A model generated the notes under the pieces. The model had not been told where the DNA came from. It saw nothing but the letters and a program-made list of their open reading frames with translations, and did not search any database. The position numbers and the translations under genes are program-made. Shown in pieces: positions 7,804 to 17,695 of a stretch of 64,000 nt of DNA (the stretch's first letter is position 1; each line of letters opens with the position of its first letter). Source of the DNA: Dehalococcoidia bacterium (GTDB taxonomy: Bacteria > Chloroflexota > Dehalococcoidia > Bin125); assembly GCA_963662615.2 (NCBI GenBank), contig CAXXSR010000002.1:192001-256000 (forward strand). Direction: 5' to 3'.

Positions 7804-10318
7804 TTATAGGCACTTCCGGTGGGTTGGGTGGCTGTCGCAGAAGCTGCCGCCGCCGCTGTCGCCGTTTCCGCCTTTGCCGCCCTTGGTCACATTGATGGTG
7901 ACCGTGGCGGGAGCCGAGTAAGCCGTGCCGTCGTTGGCCATGTACGTGAAGTAGTCCTTGCCGGTGAAGCCGGCATTCGGTGTGTAGGTGAAGGAGCCGT
8001 CCGCGTTCAGGGTGAGGGCGCCATTCGAGGGATCGCTGCCGAGCACGGCCGTCAGCGGGTCGCCGTTGGCGTCAGTGTCGTTGGCGAGGACGCCGGGGGC
8101 GGCGACGGTGAGGGTCTGTTCTTTCTTGACGGCGTAGCTGTCGTCCGCCGCGGTGGGTGCGACGTTGGTGTTGGGATCAGTGACCGTGACGACGACCGTG
8201 TCGCTCCCGGTTAGGCCGCCGTTGTCAGTGACGGTGCGGGTGACGGTGTGCGGGCCGACGGCCAAGCTGGGCGTGATGATGGCCGTGGTCCCGAGAACGG
8301 TCGCGCCCTCTTTCCACTCGAAAGTCACGATGAGCCCGTCAGGATCGGAGCCGGAGCCGCTGAAGGTGACGCTTTCGATGCCGTCATTATTGATATCGGG
8401 CAGCGACTGGTCGGGACCGGCGTTGGCGGTGGGTGACTGATTGGGAGCGACACCGACAAGGACGGTGTCAGTGTCCGTGGCGTTCGCGTCGTCGGTGACG
8501 ATGAGCGTGATGGAGTGATCACCCACGCTCAAGGTCACGGTTGGGTTGGGGCCGGTCGCGATCTCGACGCCGCTTTCCGACCACACATGGGAGGTGATCG
8601 ACCCGTCCGGATCGGTCGAGGCGGCGCCGTCTAAGGTTACCTGCTCGTTGCCACCATTGTCGACGTCGGTAACGGTCTGGTCGGGGCCGGCGTCAGCGGT
8701 GGGGGGATCGTTGACCGGCGCGACCGTCACGGCGACGGTGGCGGTAGCGGTCCCGCCCCTGCCGTCGCTCATGGTGTAGGTGAAGCTGTCGCTGGTGGTC
8801 TCGGAACCGTCGTGGGTGTAGGTGACGGCGGATCCGTCCTGGCTAACCGGGCCATGTGCGCCCTGAGAGACGGTGGTGATAGTGAGCGGGTCGCCATCGG
8901 GGTCGCTGTCATTGGAGAGGACGTCGATCGTGCCGTAGCCACCCTCGTCGACGGTGTAGGGGTCGTCGACGGCGGTGGGCGGGGTGTTGGTGGGGCCACC
9001 GGCCAGGTAGAGGAGGCCCTCGTGGTAGGCGTCGGGGTCGTTGGTGTTGGACGGGCCCCAGGCGCCCTGAGGCTGCGCGCCGTCGATGAGGGCCTGGCGG
9101 ATGGCGGCGACGCCGTCGGCGTCGGTGGCGCGGCCGTTGGCGGCGGCGTAGAGGGCTGCCGCGCCGGCCACGTGAGGCGAGGACATGCTGGTCCCGCTAA
9201 TGGTCGCATAGAGGCCGCCGGGATAGGTGGAGAGGACGTTCACGCCGGGAGCGGCGACGTCGATGGCCCTGCCCGGCGAGCTGACGGGGTTCCCTGCGAC
9301 CACACTGCGGCTGAAGTTGGTGTTCGAGTAGAAGGTGTCGTCGGCGCCGCGGCTGGTGGAGGGGCCGAGCCCGCCGGGCCGGCCGTCGGTATCGACCATC
9401 CCGGAGATCGTGGCGGCCTCGGGGTAGGCGGCGGGGATGGAGTCGTCGCTGGTGTTCAAAGTGCCGTCGTTGCCGTACACGTCCCGGGAGCCGTTGCCAG
9501 CCGCGACGACGTAGACCACGCCGGCGGCGACGCTGTTCTGAATGGCCAAGCGCAGGGAGTCGAGTTTCCCGATGCCGCCCAAGCTCATATTGACGACTTC
9601 GATCTGGCCGTTGCCCGTGACGAAATCTATGGCCTCGATAATGTCAGAGAAGCTGCCGGAGCCGTTCTTGTTGAGGACCTTGAGGGCCCACAAACGCGCT
9701 CCGTGGGGCGACGCCGACCACGCCGATGCCGTTGTCGATCGCGGCGGCGGTGCCGGCGACGTGGGTGCCGTGGTAGTTGTCGTCGTCGCCGGTGGCGGCG
9801 CCGTTGATGAAGCTCTGGTTGTAGAAGACGTTCAGGTCCGGGTGATCCAGATCGATGCCGGTATCGAGGATGGCGATGTCCACGTTCATGGGATCGGGGA
9901 CGCCGTCGATGTTGGCGGTGGCGTTCTGGTCCGCGTTGATGCGGTCTATGCCTGGGGGAAGGGTCTGGAAGTTGTTGCCGTGGAGGATGGCGTGCGCCTC
10001 CAGGTCGGGCTCCACGAAGGCGACGTTGGGGTTGTGGGCGAGGGCGGCGGCGGCCGTCGCGGAGAAGCGGACGGCGAAGCCGGTGAGGGCGTGCTGGTAG
10101 GTGTGCAGGAGGGCGCCGCCGTGGGCGCCCACGAGCGCGTTGGCCAGGCCGGGCGGGTCGGCTACGCCGTCATGGAAGACGACGATGTACTGGCCGGGGA
10201 TGACGCCGGGCGGAGACTGCGCTTGTGCGTCGGTGGGAGACAGGCTACCGCCCAGGGCGACCGCGAGGGCCGCGGTGACGCCAAGAGCGAGGGAGACGCG
10301 AAGGAGACATCGTCGCAT
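7804..10318 (-). pseudogene. Secreted S8 subtilase with I9 propeptide and Big/PKD-like Ig domains, split by a +1 frameshift near 9703
   Basis: 5' ORF has signal peptide, ILDTGID (Asp) and HGTHVAG (His); 3' ORF has AAGN, SGTSMSSPHVAG (Ser), PTAVDD/PTADAGPDQ repeats; removing one base restores GVAPGARLWALKVL. Confidence 0.88.
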
Positions 10319-10390
10319 GGCAGCGCCGCCTTCCTGGCGCTCAGCCAGCCAATTCTCCGGCCGGCCGTCACGGGACGCTGTCTTCGGCGT

Positions 10391-10421
10391 CTATAGGACG
10401 AGGGCCGTGCGTCTTGTCTTT
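10391..10421 (-). promoter_or_regulatory. ECF-sigma-like promoter motif, degenerate copy
   Basis: AAAGACAA-N14-GTCCTATAG, about 70 bp upstream of S8 peptidase 1. Confidence 0.35.
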
Positions 10422-10627
10422 CTGGCTGCCTGGGGAACGGGTGGCGGCAGTCAGGACGGCGGCCTTCGCCATTCGCGAGAATCGCAGATTAGGCCGGTGA
10501 GCGACCGCTGTCAACCACACCGGGAGCGCGGGGCTGGGGCGTGGTGCGTCCGCGTCGGCGCCGAGCGAGCCCTCCAGACCGGCGTCACGGGCCCTGTTTA
10601 TGGCCGGGTACCCGGTACCCTGCGCGC

Positions 10628-10656
10628 CCCGTCCTTCCCGGAGGGACGGGCCTCTT
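10628..10656 (-). terminator. Hairpin downstream of the lysyl-oxidase-like gene
   Basis: cccgtccttc-ccg-gagggacggg-cctctt; sequence closely related to the 7187-7222 hairpin. Confidence 0.55.
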
Positions 10657-10671
10657 CATCCGATCAGTGCG

Positions 10672-11595
10672 TCAGCCGCTGGACGTGTGGCGGCACACCC
10701 TGGCGTTCGAGTTCTTGCTGCAGTCGGGGCCGGGGCCACCCCCCGACGACCCGCAACTGCCTTTTTGCAGCGTGAGATTCGTGAAGTCGATGCAGAGCGC
10801 CGCCTGGCTGACGTTCGCGTGGACATTTTCGGTCGTTTCCTTGATCTCCCCGTCACCGCCCACAGGATCGACTTCGATGGTGAGGACGTAGTCGCGGTCG
10901 TTGGCGCCGTCGGCGTTGTTCTGGACCAAGTCGGTCACGTCGACCCACTGGCCGTCCAGGTAGTAGCTGTACTTGTCGCCCCAGCCCACCGACATGCCCT
11001 GGACTTCGCCGCCGCAGGTGCGATAGACGGCCCGCTTGGGCGCGCCGGGCAGTTTTCTGTCAATGCGAGTGGTGTCCATGATGCAGAAGGTGGTCTTGGC
11101 GCCGTGCGCCCTGACATTCTCCCGGTCATTGGGCCGGTGGAGGTCGTAGATGGCGTAGCCCTGAAAGTGGGTATGGTTGTGCCCGTCGTGATAGATGAAG
11201 GTGCCGGCGGGGCTGGCAAGGGTCTCCCAAGTGCCGTCGGCGAGGAGGACGCGCTGGTAGACCTTCTGCTTCTGCGATCCGTTCTGGACGATGATCTCCG
11301 GGTCGGCCCAGAGGTCGAGGGGGCCGTCGCCGCCATTGGCGCTGGTGGTGCTGAAGCGGAGGACGGTGCGCTGCTCCCCGTTGATGGTGACCGTGTCGAA
11401 GCGGAAGTCGGTGGCCGCCAGAGGGTAGAGGTCGGGGTAGAGCGACTGGGGGCTCGCGGCGGCGGGGGTCGGTTCGACGCCTCCGAGACCGGCGGCGAAC
11501 GCCGCGACGGCGCCAGCAATCACGAGGCCGCTAATGGCCGTCCAGGCACGCACGCGGGATCCCTTCGCATCTAGAGTGCGAATTCGCCCTCGCAC
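10672..11595 (-). CDS. Secreted lysyl oxidase-like protein
   Basis: Signal peptide; LRFSTTSAN.GDGPL, YHDGHNHTHF (Cu-binding His cluster), KTTFCIMD (LTQ Lys position), GWGDKY (LTQ Tyr position), GQWVDVTD; start could be GTG about 11553. Confidence 0.8.
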   Translation of the reverse strand: MRGRIRTLDAKGSRVRAWTAISGLVIAGAVAAFAAGLGGVEPTPAAASPQSLYPDLYPLAATDFRFDTVTINGEQRTVLRFSTTSANGGDGPLDLWADPEIIVQNGSQKQKVYQRVLLADGTWETLASPAGTFIYHDGHNHTHFQGYAIYDLHRPNDRENVRAHGAKTTFCIMDTTRIDRKLPGAPKRAVYRTCGGEVQGMSVGWGDKYSYYLDGQWVDVTDLVQNNADGANDRDYVLTIEVDPVGGDGEIKETTENVHANVSQAALCIDFTNLTLQKGSCGSSGGGPGPDCSKNSNARVCRHTSSG

Positions 11596-11662
11596 TCTAG
11601 CGGGGATCGAGCGCGTTGATCTGGCCGGTTTCCACGATGTCCACTGGATCGACAGAAGCGAC

Positions 11663-11688
11663 AGAGCCCGCTCTTGCGAGCGGGCTCT
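11663..11688 (-). terminator. Hairpin downstream of the M10 protease
   Basis: agagcccgctc-ttgc-gagcgggctct. Confidence 0.6.
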
Positions 11689-11718
11689 TGATATCAGCAG
11701 GCTGGGGCGGCGCGGACG

Positions 11719-12603
11719 CTACTTGTTAGGATCGCAATTCGGGTGGTTGGGTTTCTTCGAACAGGGCGGGCCGCCGCCGCCGCCGCCGCCGTCTTCTTCT
11801 TCGCTGCCGCTGGAGGCAGGGTACAGCGCCTTGATCCCGTTCTTGTCGTCCCTGTCCAAATTCTGGTCCACGCCGAGATAGGCGAAATACATCACGGCTT
11901 TCCATTGGGGAGAGTGGCCGAGGCCAGCCACGTGGCCGTTCTCGTGGAGGAAGACGGACTCAACGTCGTAGGTGTTGGCAGCGCCATTGGTGGACCAGGA
12001 GAAATTGGTGTTCATGGCCATGTCGGCTTCGAACGGCGCTGCGGTCCAGTACCAGGTCACGCCCAGCGTGTTGGGGTCATCGAGTGCCATCCAGGCCACG
12101 TCGTTGAGGCCGTCGCGGGTCTGGTTGCCGCATTCGTAGACCGTTGAAGGACAGCGGTTGATGTTCAGATCACCGGCGGCCAGAACGAATGCGGAGCCCT
12201 GAACATTGCTCCACGTCGTGTGGGTTGCGGTTAGAGCCGCCGCGCCACCACCGCCAGTTGGATCGCCGGTGGGGTTGTAGTTCTGGGTTAGGAAATCGGT
12301 GGCGGGGTCACCGTCCGAGAATTGAGGCCAGACCACACCGGTAACGGAAAAGGGAGCGGAGATCGGCTGCGCGCCCTGACGGCGCACGGCTCGCTCGGCC
12401 ACTGCGCGCGCATCCTGGCCCGGGGGCACGACCACGGCGACGTGGACGATGACATCCTCCCCCTGAATCTGGGCGAGACCGAACGCCGATACGACTTGCC
12501 CCGCCAGCGGGCCCTGGGCCTCGGCGCCGTCCGAGCGCAGGCCGAAGGCCAGGCCTACGGCCAGGGCCGCTACTGCGACCGCCGCGATTGAGAATCGTTT
12601 CAT
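11719..12603 (-). CDS. Secreted matrixin-family (M10) zinc metalloprotease
   Basis: HENGHVAGLGH (HExxHxxGxxH), Met-turn AVMY, signal peptide MKRFSIAAV...AEA-Q; RBS gaaagg before ATG 12603. Confidence 0.9.
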   Translation of the reverse strand: MKRFSIAAVAVAALAVGLAFGLRSDGAEAQGPLAGQVVSAFGLAQIQGEDVIVHVAVVVPPGQDARAVAERAVRRQGAQPISAPFSVTGVVWPQFSDGDPATDFLTQNYNPTGDPTGGGGAAALTATHTTWSNVQGSAFVLAAGDLNINRCPSTVYECGNQTRDGLNDVAWMALDDPNTLGVTWYWTAAPFEADMAMNTNFSWSTNGAANTYDVESVFLHENGHVAGLGHSPQWKAVMYFAYLGVDQNLDRDDKNGIKALYPASSGSEEEDGGGGGGGPPCSKKPNHPNCDPNK

Positions 12604-12797
12604 GACAAAGCCGCCCTTTCGCACCAACTCGAAGCTAGTACTAGCATCGGCGTCCTTGCCCCGCCCTTGCCATCAGGGAATCCGCGCCACTCTAGACCGC
12701 GCGACCCTGGATCAACAACGTCGGACGGACCCTCGGCGGATGGATCCACTACTCCTCGGGCGCACGGATGCGCCCGTCGCAGAGGCCTTCCTACACT

Positions 12798-12828
12798 CTA
12801 TGAACGCAGAACTGCCGGAAACGTTACG
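12798..12828 (-). promoter_or_regulatory. ECF-sigma-like promoter motif, copy upstream of the M10 protease
   Basis: CGTAACGT-N14-CGTTCATAG, i.e. AAC-N16-CGT. Confidence 0.5.
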
Positions 12829-12918
12829 GGGTCCGCCCGAAACTTCGGCGAATTACCCCGGAGGCGCGGCACGCAGCCGTCGCTGAGCGCTGGTACGAAG
12901 CCCCTACTCGAAGACGCT

Positions 12919-14013
12919 CTACTCGAAAACGATGACGCCGCGGCCGTCCTCGCCGCGCTCCAGGGCGGCGAAGCCGTCGTTGATCTCATCCAGCGAGTAG
13001 CGGCGCTGGATCAGGCTATCCACGTCGATGCGGCCATCGACGTAGAGGCTCACCAGCGTCGCGAAGGTCTGGTGCGGGCTGGCAGAGCCGTAGTAGCTGC
13101 CCTGAAGCCGCTTTTGCTCACGGGTAAGGATGGCGACGTTGATGGGCGCGCGGTCCTCGAGGGGGGCCAGCCCGATGACGACGGCGGTGCCGCCCTTGCG
13201 AACCGAGTCGAGGGCCTGGGCGGCGATCTCGCCGCCGCCGATGGTGTCAAAGGCGAAGTCCACGCCGCCGCCGCTCAGTTCGCGCACGGCCGCGACCGGA
13301 TCGACCTTGCGAGCGTTGACGACGTCGGTGGCGCCGAAGCCACGGGCGAATTCCAGCTTGTGGTCGTGGACGTCGACGGCAATGATGCGCGAGGCGCTGA
13401 TGGTGCGCGCGCCCTGGACGGTGTTGAGGCCGACGCCGCCGCAGCCGAAGACGGCCACGGTGGCGCCGGGGCGAATGTCGGGCTGATTGACGATGCCGCC
13501 GAAGCCGGTGGTGACGCAGCATCCCATCAGCGCAGCGACCTCCGAGGGCACGGCGTCGGGGATGGGGAAGCAGGCCTGCTCCGGGACGACGATGCTCTCG
13601 GCGAAGACGCCGAGCTTGTTCATTTGCTGGATCTCGGTGCCCTCCGCATCGTGGAGGCGAACGGTGCCGTCGAAGAGCCGCGAGACGTCCTTGCGGTGCG
13701 CGTCGCAGAGCTGGGCGAGGCCGCTGCGGCACATAGGACACTGGCCGCAACTGGAGACGAAGGAGAGGATGCAGCGATCGCCGGGGTTGACGGCGGTGAC
13801 GCCGGGACCGATTGCCTCCACGACGCCCGCCCCCTCATGTCCCAGAACGGAGGGGAGCGGGAAGGCGATGGTGCCATGCATGATGTGATGGTCGCTGAGG
13901 CACAGTCCCGCCGCGCTTATGCGCACGAGGACCTCGCGCTCCCGGGGCTCGTCCTGGCTGAGCTCCTTCACCGTGAGCGGACTGTTGACCTCGTACAGTA
14001 CGGCGGCTTTCAT
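12919..14013 (-). CDS. Zn-dependent alcohol dehydrogenase (MDR)
   Basis: GLCLSD, LGHEGAG, CGQCPMC...C structural Zn site, GCGGVG. Confidence 0.95.
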   Translation of the reverse strand: MKAAVLYEVNSPLTVKELSQDEPREREVLVRISAAGLCLSDHHIMHGTIAFPLPSVLGHEGAGVVEAIGPGVTAVNPGDRCILSFVSSCGQCPMCRSGLAQLCDAHRKDVSRLFDGTVRLHDAEGTEIQQMNKLGVFAESIVVPEQACFPIPDAVPSEVAALMGCCVTTGFGGIVNQPDIRPGATVAVFGCGGVGLNTVQGARTISASRIIAVDVHDHKLEFARGFGATDVVNARKVDPVAAVRELSGGGVDFAFDTIGGGEIAAQALDSVRKGGTAVVIGLAPLEDRAPINVAILTREQKRLQGSYYGSASPHQTFATLVSLYVDGRIDVDSLIQRRYSLDEINDGFAALERGEDGRGVIVFE

Positions 14014-14138
14014 GTGCCCCTCCCTTGTGTGCCAGCGGCGTTGAATGGGGCCGTATGGTAATGCACTATCGAGAGGATGCCAACGGCGCTAGGGCCGAGC
14101 TGCGGTGGCCGAGCTGCGGTGACCGCGCTACAACGAGA

Positions 14139-14162
14139 GCGCCCCGGCCTGAGCCGGGGCGC
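14139..14162 (-). terminator. Hairpin downstream of S8 peptidase 2
   Basis: gcgccccggc-ctga-gccggggcgc. Confidence 0.55.
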
Positions 14163-14186
14163 AACTGTAGGGGCGGGCGACAGTCT

Positions 14187-16286
14187 CTACCTCTGTTTGG
14201 TGTAGAGGTTGAATGGCGTGAGGCCGTTCCAGGTCAATCCAGGAGCGTTCAGTTGAACGACGATCGTGGTGTAGGTCCCGCGCGGCGCGTTGCGGACAAA
14301 CCAGGTGACCGTGCCGTCGGCGCCCGTGTCAGCGGTGCCCTCGCCGATCCAGGCGTCCTCCAGGCGGAAGAGCCAGATAGTCACGCTCGCTCCGGCGACG
14401 GGGTTGCCAAGATCGTCCCTCAGAGTGACCGTCACGTTCAGGTCCTTGAAGCCGCGGCTGAGCCAGTAGCCGTCGATGCCGCTGGGCGTCGTGACGATGA
14501 CGCTGGTGGCGTCAACGACTTCCGAGGCAACGTTGAAGGCGGCCGAGCCAAGGCCACTGATGCCGCGGCCATCGGTGACGCTCACCTGCACGGTGTGCTG
14601 TCCCTCAGCGGGCAGGGCAAGATTCGCGGTGTACATTCCGGGCGTCGCGGTTGGGCCGAACGTCACCGCGGCAGGGGAGCCGTCAAGCGTCGTGGCGAAG
14701 GCGGCGGAGGCGAGCTGGTCGATGGCGGCGCCGTACTCGTCGGTGACGATGGCGGTGACGATCGCGGTGGTATCGGTCCCGATCAGGTAGTCGGACTTGT
14801 CCGTGCTGAGGGCGACAATGACGGCCGGAGGCGCAGCGGTAACGGTGAGGCTGCTGCCAGTGCTGACACCTTCGCTGGACGCGGTGATCGTCGCTGCGCC
14901 GACGGCAAGGCCCGTGGCCAAGCCCGCGGCATCCACGGTTGCGATAGCGCCGACAGAGCTGCTCCAGGCCACCACGGCAGTGACATCGCGGCTGGTGTCG
15001 TCGTCGAAGGTGCCCATGGCGGTGAACTGTTGGCTCTGGCCCACTTCGATCGATGCGCTGCTGGGCGTGACGTCGATGCCGGTCAGCGCGGCGTCGGTGC
15101 CGACGAAGAGCAGCAGGTTGGGCGTGTTCCCCACAGCACTGTAGGCGTGCAACGCGATCTTGCCGGCGCTGGCGTTGCTGGTGATGGCGGCGGCGACGTT
15201 GGCCGGGCTGGCGGATGGATTGGACTCGAGATAGAGCGCCGCGGCGCCGGCGACGTGCGGCGTGGCCATGGAGGTGCCGCTAATGGTCCTGGTGGACTTG
15301 GGGCCGTTCTTCCAGGCCGAGGTGATGTCGACACCGGGGCCGAGAATGTCCACGCAGGTACCGTAGTTCGAGAAGGAGGCCTCTCGGTCGGAGCTGTCGG
15401 TCGCGCCCACGGTGAGCGCGTCGGCAACGCGTGCCGGAGAGATGTTGCAGGCGTCTTCGGGGAAGCCGAAGAAGTTGCCGTTGCCGGCGGCGATGGCGTA
15501 GGTCACCCCGTCGGCGATGGAGTTTTCGACCGCGGTATCCAGCGCGACGCTGGCGGAACCGCCGAGGCTCATGTTGGCAACGGCGGGTTCGCCGGCGACG
15601 TGGTCGCCTGTGACCCAATCGATGGCGGCGATCACGCCACTGTCGCTGCCGCTGCCGCGGCAGTTGAGCACGCGCAGCGCGATCAGATTCACGCTCTTGG
15701 CGACGCCGTAGGTCGCGCCGCCGACCGTACCGGCCACGTGGGTCCCATGGCCGTTACAGTCGCTGGCGACGGCATCGTCGCTGACGAAGTCCCAGCCGTA
15801 GGAGGCGCGGCCCTGAAATTCCCGGTGGGTGATGCGGATGCCGGTATCGATGATGTAGACGTTGACCCCGAGGCCGGTGGGGTTGTGGGTGTAGGCGCCG
15901 TCGAGGGGCAGGTCGCGCTGATCGATGCGATCGAGGCCCCAGGGGGCGTCGGATTGCGTGTCGCTCGCCCAGACCACGCGGTCCGGCTCCACGAAGTCCA
16001 CATTGGGGTTGCGGGCGAGGGCGCCAGCCGCTTGCTCGGAAAGCGTAGCCGCGAAGCCGTTGAGGGCGTGTTGGTAGACGAAATGCAGCGAACCGCCGTT
16101 GGCACGGACGAGCCGATTCGCCAATCCGGGCGCGTCGCGGACGTCGTTGTTGAAGACGACGATGTAGCGGCCGGGGATGACGTCAGGGGGTTGACCCTGG
16201 GCCTCGGCGTCGCCGGATCCCAGGCTCACGCCCAGCCCGATGGCCACGGCCGCCAATGCGACCAGGGCGATGGAGAATCGTTTCAT
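14187..16286 (-). CDS. Secreted S8 serine peptidase (proteinase K/aqualysin-like) with I9 propeptide and Ig-like C-terminal domains
   Basis: [39 protein letters not shown]; BIG2-like [18 protein letters not shown]. Confidence 0.93.
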   Translation of the reverse strand: MKRFSIALVALAAVAIGLGVSLGSGDAEAQGQPPDVIPGRYIVVFNNDVRDAPGLANRLVRANGGSLHFVYQHALNGFAATLSEQAAGALARNPNVDFVEPDRVVWASDTQSDAPWGLDRIDQRDLPLDGAYTHNPTGLGVNVYIIDTGIRITHREFQGRASYGWDFVSDDAVASDCNGHGTHVAGTVGGATYGVAKSVNLIALRVLNCRGSGSDSGVIAAIDWVTGDHVAGEPAVANMSLGGSASVALDTAVENSIADGVTYAIAAGNGNFFGFPEDACNISPARVADALTVGATDSSDREASFSNYGTCVDILGPGVDITSAWKNGPKSTRTISGTSMATPHVAGAAALYLESNPSASPANVAAAITSNASAGKIALHAYSAVGNTPNLLLFVGTDAALTGIDVTPSSASIEVGQSQQFTAMGTFDDDTSRDVTAVVAWSSSVGAIATVDAAGLATGLAVGAATITASSEGVSTGSSLTVTAAPPAVIVALSTDKSDYLIGTDTTAIVTAIVTDEYGAAIDQLASAAFATTLDGSPAAVTFGPTATPGMYTANLALPAEGQHTVQVSVTDGRGISGLGSAAFNVASEVVDATSVIVTTPSGIDGYWLSRGFKDLNVTVTLRDDLGNPVAGASVTIWLFRLEDAWIGEGTADTGADGTVTWFVRNAPRGTYTTIVVQLNAPGLTWNGLTPFNLYTKQR

Positions 16287-16482
16287 GTCAGTACCGCCTC
16301 CCCCTCCCCATGTCCGCGAACATGGGGCTCACAGCCGGCGGCACTCCCTGCCTCAAGCGTGCGCGGTCCCGGTCAACTCATAGACCCCCTCTGAAGGAGC
16401 GCCGTTATGCCCGGAGCACAGCCAGTGCACACCGACATGGGCGGCGGTGCGTCTCCGCAGACGGAAGCCCGACTTCTACCCT

Positions 16483-16513
16483 CTATATGGGGGGAAAGGG
16501 GGCATTTGTTACG
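16483..16513 (-). promoter_or_regulatory. ECF-sigma-like promoter motif upstream of S8 peptidase 2
   Basis: CGTAACAA-N14-CCCATATAG, both boxes identical to 7429-7459. Confidence 0.55.
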
Positions 16514-16618
16514 CGACGCCGCCGTGTGCTCCAGGTAACACTGGGTTGGTGATCCAGATAACGCCGGACGGGAGGCGGTGTGCCTGGCGATGCCGCTCCT
16601 GGCTCCGCCGAGGGGAGC

Positions 16619-17695
16619 TCAGGCCCCCAGCCGCCGTCGCCAGAGGGAGTAGGCAACGCCGACGAGAACGGCCGCGCCGGCGACGGCGCCGATCACACCC
16701 CAGACCCAGGCCGGCGGGTTGTCATCCACGTTGTCACCGCCGCTGCCGGTGGAGGGCAGCGCCTCGGGCGACACGGCCGGGGGTGGAGGCTGCGGTTGGG
16801 GTGGCGGTGGGGGTGGGGGTGGCGGTGGGGGCGGCAGGCCGGCGATGGTGGCGATGGCCGGGAAGCCCAAGATCTCGTTGAGCGTGGCCTCCACGGCGGG
16901 ATTTTCCGGCGCGTTGATCAGGATCACGATGAGGGCGCCCGGTCCCCAGATCGTCGCGTTGGCGGGCGGAGGGACGCCATCGTCGGCGCGGAAGCGATCC
17001 AAGGTCGCCTCCACGGCGGCGGCGCTCTCAAGCTGGTACGGCTCGATCGCGGCGGTACCCACGGGGATCCGCCCCGCGCTGGAAACGGGGATGCCATCGC
17101 GCTGGATGGCGATCTCCTGGAGGGCGGTGGGCAGGCCGGCGGCCGCCAGCGCCGTGAACAGCTCCGCCAACGTTGTGGGCCCTGCCACCGGCTCCGGCTC
17201 AATGACGGGCTCAGCGCGGGGCCCGCGCAGCGTCGCGCCGGGAGGGAGGGGCGCCTCTGGCACGGCGGCGGGCGACAGCTCGCCCTCAGCGAGGCGGAGG
17301 GAATCGCCGCGCAGGTCGGTGTGATAGCGGTAGGCGAGGGCACCGTCGCCGAGCCAGAGCGCCCAGCCGTCCACCAACACTTGGGCGCACAGCTCGCCGA
17401 CGTCGGCGGCTCCGAGACAGGCGTCATTCCAGGTGACCGCCTGGGCGCGGAGGAGCTGGATCGCGTCGGCCGCGGCGCCGCTGCGTTCGGCGAGATCGGC
17501 GGCGGCAGCGGCGAAGGCAGCGTCCGGCGGCTCCTGATTGCGCTGTGCCGAGACGAGGGAGGGCGCAAAGACGGCAAAGGCTGCCGCAAGCAGCAGCGCG
17601 AGGATGGATTGCGCGGCGAGCGATGGAAGGGGTCTCCGGTGCGGCGAGGCGGTTGCAAGGCCCCGGCCGGGCCGAGAGGGTCGATGGCCAGGCAT
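16619..17695 (-). CDS. Secreted surface protein with poly-Pro linker and LPXTG-type anchor
   Basis: Signal peptide; WNDACLG...CAQVLVDGW...YRYHTD domain; P11 tract; LPSTG + TM helix + RRR tail. Confidence 0.75.
   Translation of the reverse strand: MPGHRPSRPGRGLATASPHRRPLPSLAAQSILALLLAAAFAVFAPSLVSAQRNQEPPDAAFAAAAADLAERSGAAADAIQLLRAQAVTWNDACLGAADVGELCAQVLVDGWALWLGDGALAYRYHTDLRGDSLRLAEGELSPAAVPEAPLPPGATLRGPRAEPVIEPEPVAGPTTLAELFTALAAAGLPTALQEIAIQRDGIPVSSAGRIPVGTAAIEPYQLESAAAVEATLDRFRADDGVPPPANATIWGPGALIVILINAPENPAVEATLNEILGFPAIATIAGLPPPPPPPPPPPPQPQPPPPAVSPEALPSTGSGGDNVDDNPPAWVWGVIGAVAGAAVLVGVAYSLWRRRLGA

Noticed and set aside
11596-11660. ECF-like promoter copy upstream of the lysyl-oxidase-like gene
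   Set aside because: AAC and TAGAG are present but the spacing does not match the other four copies
14025-16394. 789-aa plus-strand ORF and similar long ORFs (116-796, 8812-9807, 12667-14061, 41008-42828, 53917-55866)
   Set aside because: Antisense shadows of well-supported genes in high-GC DNA; no recognisable motifs
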